This document shows positions 9,421 to 18,035 of a stretch of DNA of 64,000 nt, one piece after another. The position numbers and the translations under genes are program-made. Origin of the DNA: a virus. Lineage: Duplodnaviria; Caudoviricetes. The stretch is taken from IMG/VR virus record IMGVR_UViG_3300042154_002208; one strand, written 5' to 3'. The notes beneath the pieces were generated by a model. That model saw only the letters and a program-made list of their open reading frames with translations, did not search any database and was not told where the DNA came from. How positions within the stretch are numbered: position 1 is the stretch's first letter; each line of letters starts with the position of its first letter.

Positions 9421-9496
9421 TGTCCAAATGATATTAGAATACTTTGTTATTTTACATAAAGATGTTATAATATATTATTCGTAAACGGAGAATTGA

Positions 9497-9814
9497 ATGA
9501 TTAAAATTTTAAAGCTACAAACCGGTGAAGAATTAGTTGCCGATATGACAATGGAAACCGCAAGTATTAAACTTGTGCAACCATTCATTTTAACAATGTC
9601 GCCTAATCGTGAACCTGGATTTGAAAAAGAAATGACACTGGCATTGTTTCCATATGCCCCATATGTTGTTAAACATACAATTGAAGTTGATGCTTCAAAA
9701 GTTATATGGATTGCAGAATTGCCAAATAGTATGATTGCAGACTACAATCGTGCATTGGAAAATCTAAATGTTACATTGTCTAACATTAAGCAAGACCTTG
9801 ATACTAAAGCATAA
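9497..9814 (+). CDS. Conserved T4-like hypothetical protein (Sm-like fold candidate)
   Basis: IKILKLQTGEELVA N-terminus typical of the gene near hsp20/gp43 in T4-like phages. Confidence 0.65.
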   Translation: MIKILKLQTGEELVADMTMETASIKLVQPFILTMSPNREPGFEKEMTLALFPYAPYVVKHTIEVDASKVIWIAELPNSMIADYNRALENLNVTLSNIKQDLDTKA

Positions 9815-9816
9815 AA

Positions 9817-9933
9817 ATGAAAACATTGCACAACTTTAAAAAACGCACCAAACAGGGCGGCAAAGCAAAAACCTCAAGTATGAATAAGACTCAAAAGAGA
9901 AGTTATAAGGCATACAGAGGCCAGGGCAAATAA
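9817..9933 (+). CDS. 38-aa basic peptide
   Basis: MKTLHNFKKRTKQGG...KRSYKAYRGQGK; below the ORF-track cutoff. Confidence 0.6.
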   Translation: MKTLHNFKKRTKQGGKAKTSSMNKTQKRSYKAYRGQGK

Positions 9934-10113
9934 ATGAGCGGTAAGGGTAGTAAACCTAGACCATATAGTGTTCCTATTGCTACATTTGATAATAATTACG
10001 ATGCTATTTTTCGTAATTATAAAAAAACAGATGAAGAAAAATTTGATGATGCGATTATGAAAAACGAATACTATGAAGATTCTGAGAAGCTAACAGAAAA
10101 AGATTATAAATAA
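9934..10113 (+). CDS. 59-aa conserved phage hypothetical protein
   Basis: MSGKGSKPRPYSV...FDNNYDAIF; abuts the upstream stop. Confidence 0.6.
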   Translation: MSGKGSKPRPYSVPIATFDNNYDAIFRNYKKTDEEKFDDAIMKNEYYEDSEKLTEKDYK

Positions 10114-10120
10114 ATTATAC

Positions 10121-10194
10121 CGCGGATTGGTGAAATGGTATCACAAAGGACTCATAATCCTTAGTTCCTAGTTCAACTCTGGGGTCCGCATCCA
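10121..10194 (+). tRNA. tRNA-CAT, initiator (fMet)-like
   Basis: Cloverleaf with C1:A72 mismatch, G2-C71, C3-G70; anticodon arm AAGGA-CTCATAA-TCCTT; CCA end; TATAAATA at 10105-10112. Confidence 0.8.
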
Positions 10195-10196
10195 TT

Positions 10197-10499
10197 ATGA
10201 AAAAAATTATATTATTACTGCTACTGGCTGTATCTACAATTGCGTGTAGTGAAGAAAAACACAAACCCGTAATTTGTTTAGATACAAAAGAAATGTTTGA
10301 CGCAATATTTGAAGAATACCGCGAGACAATACTTATGATATTTGACCAAGATACATTTACCAACAAGATTGTTTTAACAGTTAATCAAACAACAAAGACA
10401 TGGTCATTAGTCGAATACAGTACTAAGATAGCTTGTTTGTTAGGTTCAGGCCATAATTATAAGATAATGGGTCGTGTATCAAGTAAAGATTATATATGA
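10197..10499 (+). CDS. Hypothetical exported protein / putative lipoprotein
   Basis: MKK, hydrophobic core, then STIAC (lipobox-like). Confidence 0.55.
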   Translation: MKKIILLLLLAVSTIACSEEKHKPVICLDTKEMFDAIFEEYRETILMIFDQDTFTNKIVLTVNQTTKTWSLVEYSTKIACLLGSGHNYKIMGRVSSKDYI

Positions 10500-11224
10500 A
10501 GTATATAATGTTATTAGCATTGTTTATAACAAGCAATGCCTTTTCCATGAAAGTAACTGCTCATTCTTGGCTTGTTGCTGATAGCAATGGTAAGATAATT
10601 CAGGGTGAGCGTATGGATGAGTCTCGCTCAATTGCAAGTATCACAAAACTTATGACTGCAATGGTCGTAATAGATGCCGGTCAAGATCCAAAAGAAAAAC
10701 TGGGCAAATTTACAAGGGAACAGCATATACAGTTGGCGCTTGTTAAATCCAGTAATGAATCTGCTATTTTACTATGCGACAAATATCCCGGCGGCAAACC
10801 CAATTGTATTAGGGATATGAATCAAAAAGCAGTTGCGATTAATATGCACAATACTAAATTTGTCGAGGCATCGGGATTGAGCCCAATGAATATTAGTACT
10901 GCTAAAGATTTATTGGAATTAACATTGGCCGCAAGCTACTATCCCGAAATTGTTGAAGCAAGTAAAACTCCTCAAGTAAAAATTCAGATCAAAAAGAAGT
11001 GGTTCTTTTTTAATAATACAAATCCTATTATTGGAAAGAGACATAATTTTATTGTGAGTAAAACTGGAACAACAAATGCTGCTGGTGGTTGCATCGTTAT
11101 GATGCTTGATACCGATATCGGCAGACGTATTGTTGTTGTTCTTGGAAGTAAAAACGGTAGAACTAGAATTCCCGAAGCCGAATTTATCGCACTTCAGGAA
11201 TATCAATTAGATAAAATTTATTAA
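10496..11224 (+). CDS. D-alanyl-D-alanine carboxypeptidase/endopeptidase (peptidase S11, PBP-like)
   Basis: Signal peptide; SxxK (ASITK), SxN (SSN), STAKDL and KTG motifs. Confidence 0.9.
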   Translation: MKYIMLLALFITSNAFSMKVTAHSWLVADSNGKIIQGERMDESRSIASITKLMTAMVVIDAGQDPKEKLGKFTREQHIQLALVKSSNESAILLCDKYPGGKPNCIRDMNQKAVAINMHNTKFVEASGLSPMNISTAKDLLELTLAASYYPEIVEASKTPQVKIQIKKKWFFFNNTNPIIGKRHNFIVSKTGTTNAAGGCIVMMLDTDIGRRIVVVLGSKNGRTRIPEAEFIALQEYQLDKIY

Positions 11225-11336
11225 TTCAATTCCAGTATTTGGTACAGGTATTCAGATTGTATCTGAGGATATTCCCAGACCAAGGACTATACCCAAAGCA
11301 CCTTAATGCTAAGGTACCACTAGATTTAAAATTTTT

Positions 11337-11588
11337 ATGAAATGGCACCCAATTGGTAAAAATCTAAATTTTGCTCAAGAAATATTAGGTAATTCTGATC
11401 ATGGAATAATTACCTGGATGTATATAAGTGGGCCGTTTGGAATTGTGAAAGCGTACGATATAGGGTACATTGATGATGGATATTATGAACAATATCCTGA
11501 TAGGCTTTGGGATTTATATAAATCTATTTTGTCGGTCCTTGATGGACATTATCACTGTTGCTTATCAGGTAGGGTTTGGAATTTTTGA
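11337..11588 (+). CDS. Hypothetical protein
   Basis: Coding-like codon pattern, but no clear SD and overlaps the end of a convergent gene. Confidence 0.3.
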   Translation: MKWHPIGKNLNFAQEILGNSDHGIITWMYISGPFGIVKAYDIGYIDDGYYEQYPDRLWDLYKSILSVLDGHYHCCLSGRVWNF

Positions 11589-11776
11589 AATTTTCTTTGT
11601 TGCCACCACATGAGCCAAGGAGTTACGTGTGCTGCCGCCATAATTAACCACATGATAGGCATTTCTAAAGTAAATGCTCCGCATAAGTTATGGTGTGAGT
11701 ATGCATAGCTAACCGCCGCTCCTAGTAGGAATACAGGTGCAGGAAACAAACTAAAAAATAGATTAATATTTTTCAT
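11552..11776 (-). CDS. Small two-TM membrane protein
   Basis: Two hydrophobic segments with MWLIMAAAH motif; coupled to erpA. Confidence 0.6.
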   Translation of the reverse strand: MKNINLFFSLFPAPVFLLGAAVSYAYSHHNLCGAFTLEMPIMWLIMAAAHVTPWLMWWQQRKFQKFQTLPDKQQ

Positions 11777-12096
11777 ACACTAAACGAACTACCGCAACCG
11801 CAAGTGGATTGAGCATTTGGATTAGTTATAACAAACTGTGAACCTTGTATATCTTCTTTGTAATCCACAGTTGCGCCTGTTAGATATTGCATGCTCATGG
11901 CATCAATTAATATTTTAGTTTTTTCAAGCGGCATTTCGAAATCGTCTTCGTTCATTATCTCATCGAATGTGAATCCATAACTCATTCCGCTACATCCTCC
12001 ACCCTGCACAAATGTTCTTAAACATAAGTCAGGATTACCTTCTTCTGCGAAAAGATCTAGAATTTTTGTTTTTGCTGATTCTGTTATTGTTATCAT
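11773..12096 (-). CDS. erpA: Fe-S cluster insertion protein ErpA (A-type carrier)
   Basis: [25 protein letters not shown] and [14 protein letters not shown] motifs; start at 12096 overlaps the iscA stop. Confidence 0.9.
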   Translation of the reverse strand: MITITESAKTKILDLFAEEGNPDLCLRTFVQGGGCSGMSYGFTFDEIMNEDDFEMPLEKTKILIDAMSMQYLTGATVDYKEDIQGSQFVITNPNAQSTCGCGSSFSV

Positions 12097-12419
12097 ACTC
12101 TGAAACTTTCTCCGCATCCGCATCGGTCACGTTCGTTGGGGTTTTTAAAATCAAATCCTTCATTAAGTCCATTACGAACCCAATCCATTACTACTCCGTT
12201 TAAGTAAGCTAAACTTTTAGTATCTACTAATACTACAAAATCTTTTTGAGCGTAGTTTGTTGTGCTAACGTCAGTAACATAGTTGTCAACATATTCCATG
12301 GTATACGCTAAACCACTACAACCAGTAGTCTTTACACCCAATCGAATACCAACTCCCTTACCTCGTTTCTGAAGTAGGGTTTTAACTTTCTCATATGCCT
12401 TTTCAGTTAATGAGATCAT
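12093..12419 (-). CDS. iscA: Fe-S cluster assembly protein IscA
   Basis: [24 protein letters not shown] and [14 protein letters not shown] motifs. Confidence 0.92.
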   Translation of the reverse strand: MISLTEKAYEKVKTLLQKRGKGVGIRLGVKTTGCSGLAYTMEYVDNYVTDVSTTNYAQKDFVVLVDTKSLAYLNGVVMDWVRNGLNEGFDFKNPNERDRCGCGESFRV

Positions 12420-12810
12420 GATTTGCTAACCATTCTTTTCTTTTGTAGTCGGCTACTGCGGCTTTAATTGCATCTTCTGCTAGGATCGAACAATGTATCT
12501 TAACTGGTGGTAATGCTAGTTCTTGGGCAATGTCGGAATTTTTAATTGATCCGGCTTGGTCAAGGGTTTTTCCTTTGACCCATTCTGTAATGAGACTCGA
12601 ACTCGCAATAGCCGATCCGCAGCCATACGTTTTAAATTTCGCATCTGTAATAATACCTGTATCATGGTCAACCTTTATTTGTAGTTTCATTACGTCGCCG
12701 CAAGCAGGCGCGCCAACCATACCAGTACCAATATCAGTATCAGTCTTGTCAAAAGATCCCACATTCCTGGGATTTTCATAATGATCAATTACTTGTTGTG
12801 AATAGGCCAT
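12403..12810 (-). CDS. iscU: Fe-S cluster scaffold IscU
   Basis: MAYSQQVIDHYENPRNVGS, GAPACGDVM, KTYGCGSAIASSS and LPPVKIHCSILAEDAI motifs. Confidence 0.95.
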   Translation of the reverse strand: MAYSQQVIDHYENPRNVGSFDKTDTDIGTGMVGAPACGDVMKLQIKVDHDTGIITDAKFKTYGCGSAIASSSLITEWVKGKTLDQAGSIKNSDIAQELALPPVKIHCSILAEDAIKAAVADYKRKEWLANHDLIN

Positions 12811-13358
12811 TATAGTACAATCGGCAACCAGAGCCATATTCCTTGACTCATTAACAACGCAGATAATGCGCCAACCGCAATACTTGCAATATATAATGCG
12901 GGTGCTACAGCCAAGATACTAGCTGACAATAACACAATAGCAATTTGAAATCCAGAACCAGCAAAGGTCATCCATGGTCCAGACTTGCGTATCTCATCAC
13001 GCTCAGCTTCTAAAGCGCGGGCCTTAGCCATTAGTTCTTTCTTGCCTTCACCTGTTGCAGGCTCGCTCTCGTATCTATTAATTTTAGCAGTTAACTTATC
13101 TGCCTTTTCAAATTGTTTTCTTTCAACCGCATCGTCTCTAGCCATTTCAGCAAGAGTTTGTTTAATCGACTTTGCCTGAAAGAATGCCCAAGTATCGTTT
13201 GCTTTAATAGTATTGTTTAATACTTTAGAACTATTACCCGAAGCAATATAAGTATTAATAGCTAAAAGAGCAGCAAGTACAGTAATTAACCAACCGGCTT
13301 TATCTTTAATTTGTGCTTCACGCTCGGAACGTGATAATGGTTTCTTTTCTTCTGCCAT
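12810..13358 (-). CDS. DUF4337-like membrane protein
   Basis: N-terminal TM, DTWAFFQAKSIKQ motif, coiled coil and two C-terminal TMs. Confidence 0.7.
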   Translation of the reverse strand: MAEEKKPLSRSEREAQIKDKAGWLITVLAALLAINTYIASGNSSKVLNNTIKANDTWAFFQAKSIKQTLAEMARDDAVERKQFEKADKLTAKINRYESEPATGEGKKELMAKARALEAERDEIRKSGPWMTFAGSGFQIAIVLLSASILAVAPALYIASIAVGALSALLMSQGIWLWLPIVL

Positions 13359-13359
13359 T

Positions 13360-13629
13360 TTATTTTCCTTTTTGTTTTAGTTCAATAACTTCTTTTTGAA
13401 GATATTCAAAATCTTTTCTTAGTAATTCAACATCTGTTGTATTACGACCTGGCTGCTTTATATAGCTTACAAATCTTTCGTCGGCCAGCATTACTGTGTG
13501 TTCTAACTCTGAAATTCTTGTCTGTGTGGTAAACACATACCAGCTAGCAATAACAATAGCAGTAACCACAGAGATCAAAGTCTTTAAAGGAACTGTGACT
13601 TCTGTCTTCTCATCAATTTGTACCGCCAT
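13360..13629 (-). CDS. Hypothetical single-TM coiled-coil protein
   Basis: Hydrophobic segment followed by a heptad-like tail. Confidence 0.6.
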   Translation of the reverse strand: MAVQIDEKTEVTVPLKTLISVVTAIVIASWYVFTTQTRISELEHTVMLADERFVSYIKQPGRNTTDVELLRKDFEYLQKEVIELKQKGK

Positions 13630-14355
13630 TTATTTGTCCTCTGCTTTTTCCAATTTGGCAATATAGTTTGCCATCATATGATCAAATACCCCAATGAACT
13701 TTTGTCCTTTTGCTCTGGCTCTTAATCTACTGCGAATCATATCCTTCACTCTCTGCCAAGGAGTTAGATCTCTAAACTCACCATAGTAGTTCATGTATTT
13801 ATGTGTCCCATGATGCGTAAAGCCCATTAACATAAAAGGAACCTTGGTAACATCATCACAGTTATTTTGCACTCTATAGTGGGTGACTGTTAGACTATTA
13901 ACGTATTCCTTATTGCCCACTCTCGGCGAACCAAATGTTATTAGTGCTATAACCTTTGATTGCATTCTGCCTGCAGCAATAGTTGCCATAGCAGCACCAA
14001 GACTATGACCTGTAACATAAAGGCTATCGATTTTTTCAACAGCTTTTTCTATTGCAGGCCATAACTTATTAATCTCACCTTTAAAGCCTACGTGAATTTT
14101 GCCACCAATCGCTTCAATATTCTTACCAGCTTTTAAATCGGCCAATATGTCTGACTTTTGTGTTACTTCAGTTCCCCTAAAACTCAAAACGTGTATACCG
14201 TTAGTATCTTTTAACAAGTATGCTTGAGCACCTTCGATATCAAAAAACTCAACAATAGTAAATCCATGAGACTTAAATTTAGTTTTTGATTCTTTTGGGT
14301 TGTCATAAGTAATTGCAGATATGTTAGCAAATACTGATAGTTGAGCTTTTTCCAT
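13630..14355 (-). CDS. Class 3 (fungal-type) lipase
   Basis: SFRGTE, IHVGF, TGHSLGAAMA nucleophile elbow, TFGSPRVGN, DDVTKVP and DHMM motifs. Confidence 0.92.
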   Translation of the reverse strand: MEKAQLSVFANISAITYDNPKESKTKFKSHGFTIVEFFDIEGAQAYLLKDTNGIHVLSFRGTEVTQKSDILADLKAGKNIEAIGGKIHVGFKGEINKLWPAIEKAVEKIDSLYVTGHSLGAAMATIAAGRMQSKVIALITFGSPRVGNKEYVNSLTVTHYRVQNNCDDVTKVPFMLMGFTHHGTHKYMNYYGEFRDLTPWQRVKDMIRSRLRARAKGQKFIGVFDHMMANYIAKLEKAEDK

Positions 14356-14373
14356 TTATTTTCCTTTTTTTTA

Positions 14374-14526
14374 TTAACCGGGTAAAAATCTACCTAGTAA
14401 AACATTAACAATTTTGTTTGATATGTCGTCTGGAAGAAATTTAAGAAACCCTAAAAAATATAACGCCACGCATCCATACACAAATATTTTCAAACACATA
14501 TCAAATGTTTTTTGGTATTCGTTCAT
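14374..14526 (-). CDS. 50-aa membrane peptide
   Basis: MNEYQKTFDMCLKIFVYGCVALYFLGFLKFLPDD; ATGA overlap. Confidence 0.6.
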   Translation of the reverse strand: MNEYQKTFDMCLKIFVYGCVALYFLGFLKFLPDDISNKIVNVLLGRFLPG

Positions 14527-15020
14527 CTTCCGCACCTATTACCCGTTTGGCAAAACTGCATTAGTTCATAACCACCAATGAACAATACGAACAAGACAAA
14601 AGCAGCTCCGCCAAGTATCATAGCCCATTCATTTAGCTCTTCTTCTTTTTGTTTACGTTTACGCTCTTGATCGTTAAACATTCTTAAATCATTCGCATCA
14701 TCAGAATCCATTTCTGCTTGGCGAGCTTTGATCTTGTTCCATACGTCAATCTTACCTGTCTGCATAAACAACATCTTTAGTTCTTCTTCAAATGCTCTGG
14801 CTTGTTCTAATGCCATTTCAATCTGAAGTGCGGTTCCCATGTTGGAACCTTTTTTAGACTTTTTGGCCTCCATTAATGCTTTAGTGGCAGTACTCTTAGC
14901 GTCAAACATTTTCCCAATCATGGGAGCAAGAGAGCCTAGATCATTAGCTACTTTACTAGCTTTTTTAACCATGCTTATTGCAGACTGTATGCCTGCGAGT
15001 GCTGTCATTGGATCTATCAT
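14523..15020 (-). CDS. Conserved phage protein with C-terminal TM
   Basis: MIDPMTALAG N-terminus, coiled coil and C-terminal hydrophobic helix. Confidence 0.7.
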   Translation of the reverse strand: MIDPMTALAGIQSAISMVKKASKVANDLGSLAPMIGKMFDAKSTATKALMEAKKSKKGSNMGTALQIEMALEQARAFEEELKMLFMQTGKIDVWNKIKARQAEMDSDDANDLRMFNDQERKRKQKEEELNEWAMILGGAAFVLFVLFIGGYELMQFCQTGNRCGR

Positions 15021-15163
15021 TTCTTTTTACCTTCTTTGGGTTTTTCTTCTTTTCTCCACTCCAAACAAATCACTTTTCTATTATAGACATCGCCAATCCA
15101 GGTCCATCTTACACATTCTGGTTTTTGAATGTACATATACATGGCAAGAGCAGTAGCAAACAT
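15017..15163 (-). CDS. 48-aa peptide with Cys pair
   Basis: MFATALAMYMYIQKPECVRWTWIGDVYNRKVICLEW; coupled at both ends. Confidence 0.6.
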   Translation of the reverse strand: MFATALAMYMYIQKPECVRWTWIGDVYNRKVICLEWRKEEKPKEGKKK

Positions 15164-15750
15164 TATTTATTCGCCAATGGATTGTCAATAGCTTTTTGAA
15201 TTTTGCCATCAACTTCTTTCTTCAACCCTTCAACTTCTTTAGATATTTCTCTACGGGCATCTGCCATTTCTTTACGTATAGCATTTACTTCGCCTCGAGC
15301 TTTATCCAAATCTTCACGAATATCTTTACGAGCCTGGCGCATTTCTTGCTCCGTCTCTCTTTGAGCTTGTTTTACCCCGCGCTCTACCTGTTCTGTAACT
15401 GATTCATTACGACGAATATCGTTCTTTAGATCAGTCTTAATGTCGCGAGTGTAATCAGATGTTTTAGAACTGTTTTCTTCTATAACAGCTAGACGTTTAT
15501 CAAACCCCGACAAGTCAGGTGCTTCGTATGATGCAATCTTTTTCTTCATACCTACGTAATCTTTATATACTTCAAATGTACCATATAGGCCACCTAATAC
15601 AGATGACACAATAGTGGCTGCAACCATTAATTTTGCTGGGGTGAATTCATATCCGCCAATACTAATAACAGTATCTTTACTTGCATATTTCTTCATTGCC
15701 GCTTCTGCTTCGTCAATCTTAGCATTAACGTTTTTAATTTCTTCTGCCAT
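15163..15750 (-). CDS. Single-TM long coiled-coil protein
   Basis: TM at about residues 40-60, then extended heptad repeats; SD GGAG. Confidence 0.7.
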   Translation of the reverse strand: MAEEIKNVNAKIDEAEAAMKKYASKDTVISIGGYEFTPAKLMVAATIVSSVLGGLYGTFEVYKDYVGMKKKIASYEAPDLSGFDKRLAVIEENSSKTSDYTRDIKTDLKNDIRRNESVTEQVERGVKQAQRETEQEMRQARKDIREDLDKARGEVNAIRKEMADARREISKEVEGLKKEVDGKIQKAIDNPLANK

Positions 15751-15910
15751 TTTTATCTCCTATTTTTTGGGTTGATAACATTCTCAACCATTCTTTTTTT
15801 GCTTCTAAATTGTCTTTTGCATTTTGTAATTTTGTATTATTCTTTTTTATAATACTTGTTGCAGATAATCCTACACCAATTCCTATGATTATGTAAACAC
15901 CATATCCCAT
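15734..15910 (-). CDS. 58-aa single-TM peptide
   Basis: MGYGVYIIIGIGVGLSATS; fills the gap between operon genes. Confidence 0.45.
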   Translation of the reverse strand: MGYGVYIIIGIGVGLSATSIIKKNNTKLQNAKDNLEAKKEWLRMLSTQKIGDKNGRRN

Positions 15911-15911
15911 A

Positions 15912-18035
15912 TTATTGCCCTAACTTATATTGCTTATCAATCATTTCTTGATGCAATCTGTCAGAACTAAGTGATCTTAACGCCCTCGCATTGTCAATAG
16001 TCTTTTGATTTCTATAAATTTCTTTAGGTTCATAAAATGCTGCATCGGGAATCATTGAAAAATACTGTGCAAAATTTGCAGGCTGACGGGCAATTGATTC
16101 AATTGTTACTCCGCCAGCAAGTTCATTGTTTTGTACATTTCGGTTCAATGCATCAGTTTGTTGTCCTGTGCCAGATTGTAATATAATTGGTCTATATTCT
16201 ATTGCAGATTCCACGGGATTTTTATTTCCGCTAAATTTGATACCTTCTAATACTGGCATTTCTATTTGTACAGGTGATTGCCGTGTGGGCGGAACTAAAC
16301 TATAATTTAATGATTGCGAAGATACCATTGAAACAATTATATCTTGTCTAACAACTGGAGGTTGATACTGATATACTTGAGTAGAAGCTGCTGCAGTATT
16401 TTCAAACTTAGGTGGTTCATATTTAACCGGAGGCAAAATATTAATTTGTGCGCTTGCCTGCGTGTCTTGTTTAATTTCAAACTGTGTTCTGCCCATAGTA
16501 GAAGAAGGAACTTGCAGTCCCATATTCTCATTACTTAAAGGTGGTTCATATTTTGGGATTTGAACACTGGTATTAATTTCTAACTTACTTGTAGATTCAA
16601 CTTTGGGGACATATGCAATGGGTTGAGGTACATTAAAAACAAAATCTTGTTTTGTATCATTTTGAATGTTTTGTTGCATACTAAAACTCATACTTGAACT
16701 AGAAGATGATTGCCCAGAATTTGCACTTGATAATGATTGTTCCAGTCTAGCAGAACTAAACATTGTATTGGATTGCAAGTTTCCTTGCAATGGTAGTCCG
16801 CTATTTTGTGTAGGCCCGGAAACAGATTGGGTACTTGATGATTGAGATGTACCTGCAGATTGCGAATTTCCAATAGCTATACTTTGCGATTGTGCATCAC
16901 CTGCAATTTTTTCTGCAGTTTGTTTTGCGGTTTCGCCTGCAGAAAATGCCTGTGCGTCAGCTGCTTGTACTACTGACTTTTCTAATGCTGCAGTTTTTTC
17001 CTGATTTGATCCTATCATACTTAAAACAGATGATAATGAAACAGGCGATGAACTTTTACCACCACCTGCATCTGCAACTTCTCCTGCTTTTGGTTGCTGA
17101 TTATTCGCACTAGGTTGTGCCGCGGCTTGTTGAGGCGCAGGCCCAGGCGGAGGAAGAGATCCGGGTTGAGCTTGTCCCTGTTGAGGTTGCTGTTGTTCTT
17201 GAGGGGGAGGAGAACCTGCCGATTGAGGAGATCCTTGAGGTTGCGGTGGCCCAGGTGGCGGCGCAGCTGCAAATGTTTCAGGTGGAGGTGCTGCTGTAGG
17301 TGTTTGTGCTGGGACTAACTTAGCCAATGCATCTAAATAGCCTTTGCAAGTAGGCGAATATAGTGGGTTAGACGCACATGGGTCAACACTATATTTTACA
17401 CTGAAATTAACATTATATATTTCTGGCCCATATGGACCAGCCCAAAAATTATTATCTCTACCAATAAATCCGTATTGTACTTGTCCGATAGAAGGTACTG
17501 CAAGAGGCGTCGTAAATGTTTTGGAGTAATCAAATGTAGTCCAATTATATTTACGAGTTAAATCATAAACATCTCCATACAATAAATTTGTTGCGCCTCT
17601 ACCACCTGTGTTGTCCCAAAAGCGAACTAATGCCATTAAATTATCTACACGGCCATCATCCCAACCATTACCATTCTTTGCTGTAAACCCAAAGTTATAA
17701 CCATTGACTTGTAGCCCTGAACCAGACGGTAGTACCGAGGCAATATGCTGTTGTTGATAGAGGTATGTTGAACCATAAGAAAAATTAATGTTACCACCTG
17801 GACGCACAATAGCATTCGGTCCGCAGTAACCCGTATCCCCAGGTTGTCCCCAACAAGTTAGTTGGTTCTGATAAACCCCGCCAACCCAAGGCGTAGGTCC
17901 GCCCTGGGGAGTATCTTGAACAATATTCCCTGTGGTGTAAACTTGCCCTGGTTCTAGTACTTGCGCTTTACTTAAAAGCGGCGTGAACAAGAATACCGAG
18001 CAAAGAGCCAGCGCCGATATGTTTAGCAGTTTCAT
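15912..18035 (-). CDS. Large exported protein with Pro/Gln/Ser-rich linkers
   Basis: Signal peptide MKLLNISALALCSVFLF (ATG 18035), globular aromatic N-domain, low-complexity middle. Confidence 0.7.
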   Translation of the reverse strand: MKLLNISALALCSVFLFTPLLSKAQVLEPGQVYTTGNIVQDTPQGGPTPWVGGVYQNQLTCWGQPGDTGYCGPNAIVRPGGNINFSYGSTYLYQQQHIASVLPSGSGLQVNGYNFGFTAKNGNGWDDGRVDNLMALVRFWDNTGGRGATNLLYGDVYDLTRKYNWTTFDYSKTFTTPLAVPSIGQVQYGFIGRDNNFWAGPYGPEIYNVNFSVKYSVDPCASNPLYSPTCKGYLDALAKLVPAQTPTAAPPPETFAAAPPPGPPQPQGSPQSAGSPPPQEQQQPQQGQAQPGSLPPPGPAPQQAAAQPSANNQQPKAGEVADAGGGKSSSPVSLSSVLSMIGSNQEKTAALEKSVVQAADAQAFSAGETAKQTAEKIAGDAQSQSIAIGNSQSAGTSQSSSTQSVSGPTQNSGLPLQGNLQSNTMFSSARLEQSLSSANSGQSSSSSSMSFSMQQNIQNDTKQDFVFNVPQPIAYVPKVESTSKLEINTSVQIPKYEPPLSNENMGLQVPSSTMGRTQFEIKQDTQASAQINILPPVKYEPPKFENTAAASTQVYQYQPPVVRQDIIVSMVSSQSLNYSLVPPTRQSPVQIEMPVLEGIKFSGNKNPVESAIEYRPIILQSGTGQQTDALNRNVQNNELAGGVTIESIARQPANFAQYFSMIPDAAFYEPKEIYRNQKTIDNARALRSLSSDRLHQEMIDKQYKLGQ

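Noticed and set aside
11773-12810. Host chromosomal segment or contamination
   Set aside because: The isc genes overlap phage-type neighbours, share the AT-rich codon style and lack the bacterial iscR/iscS/hscBA context.
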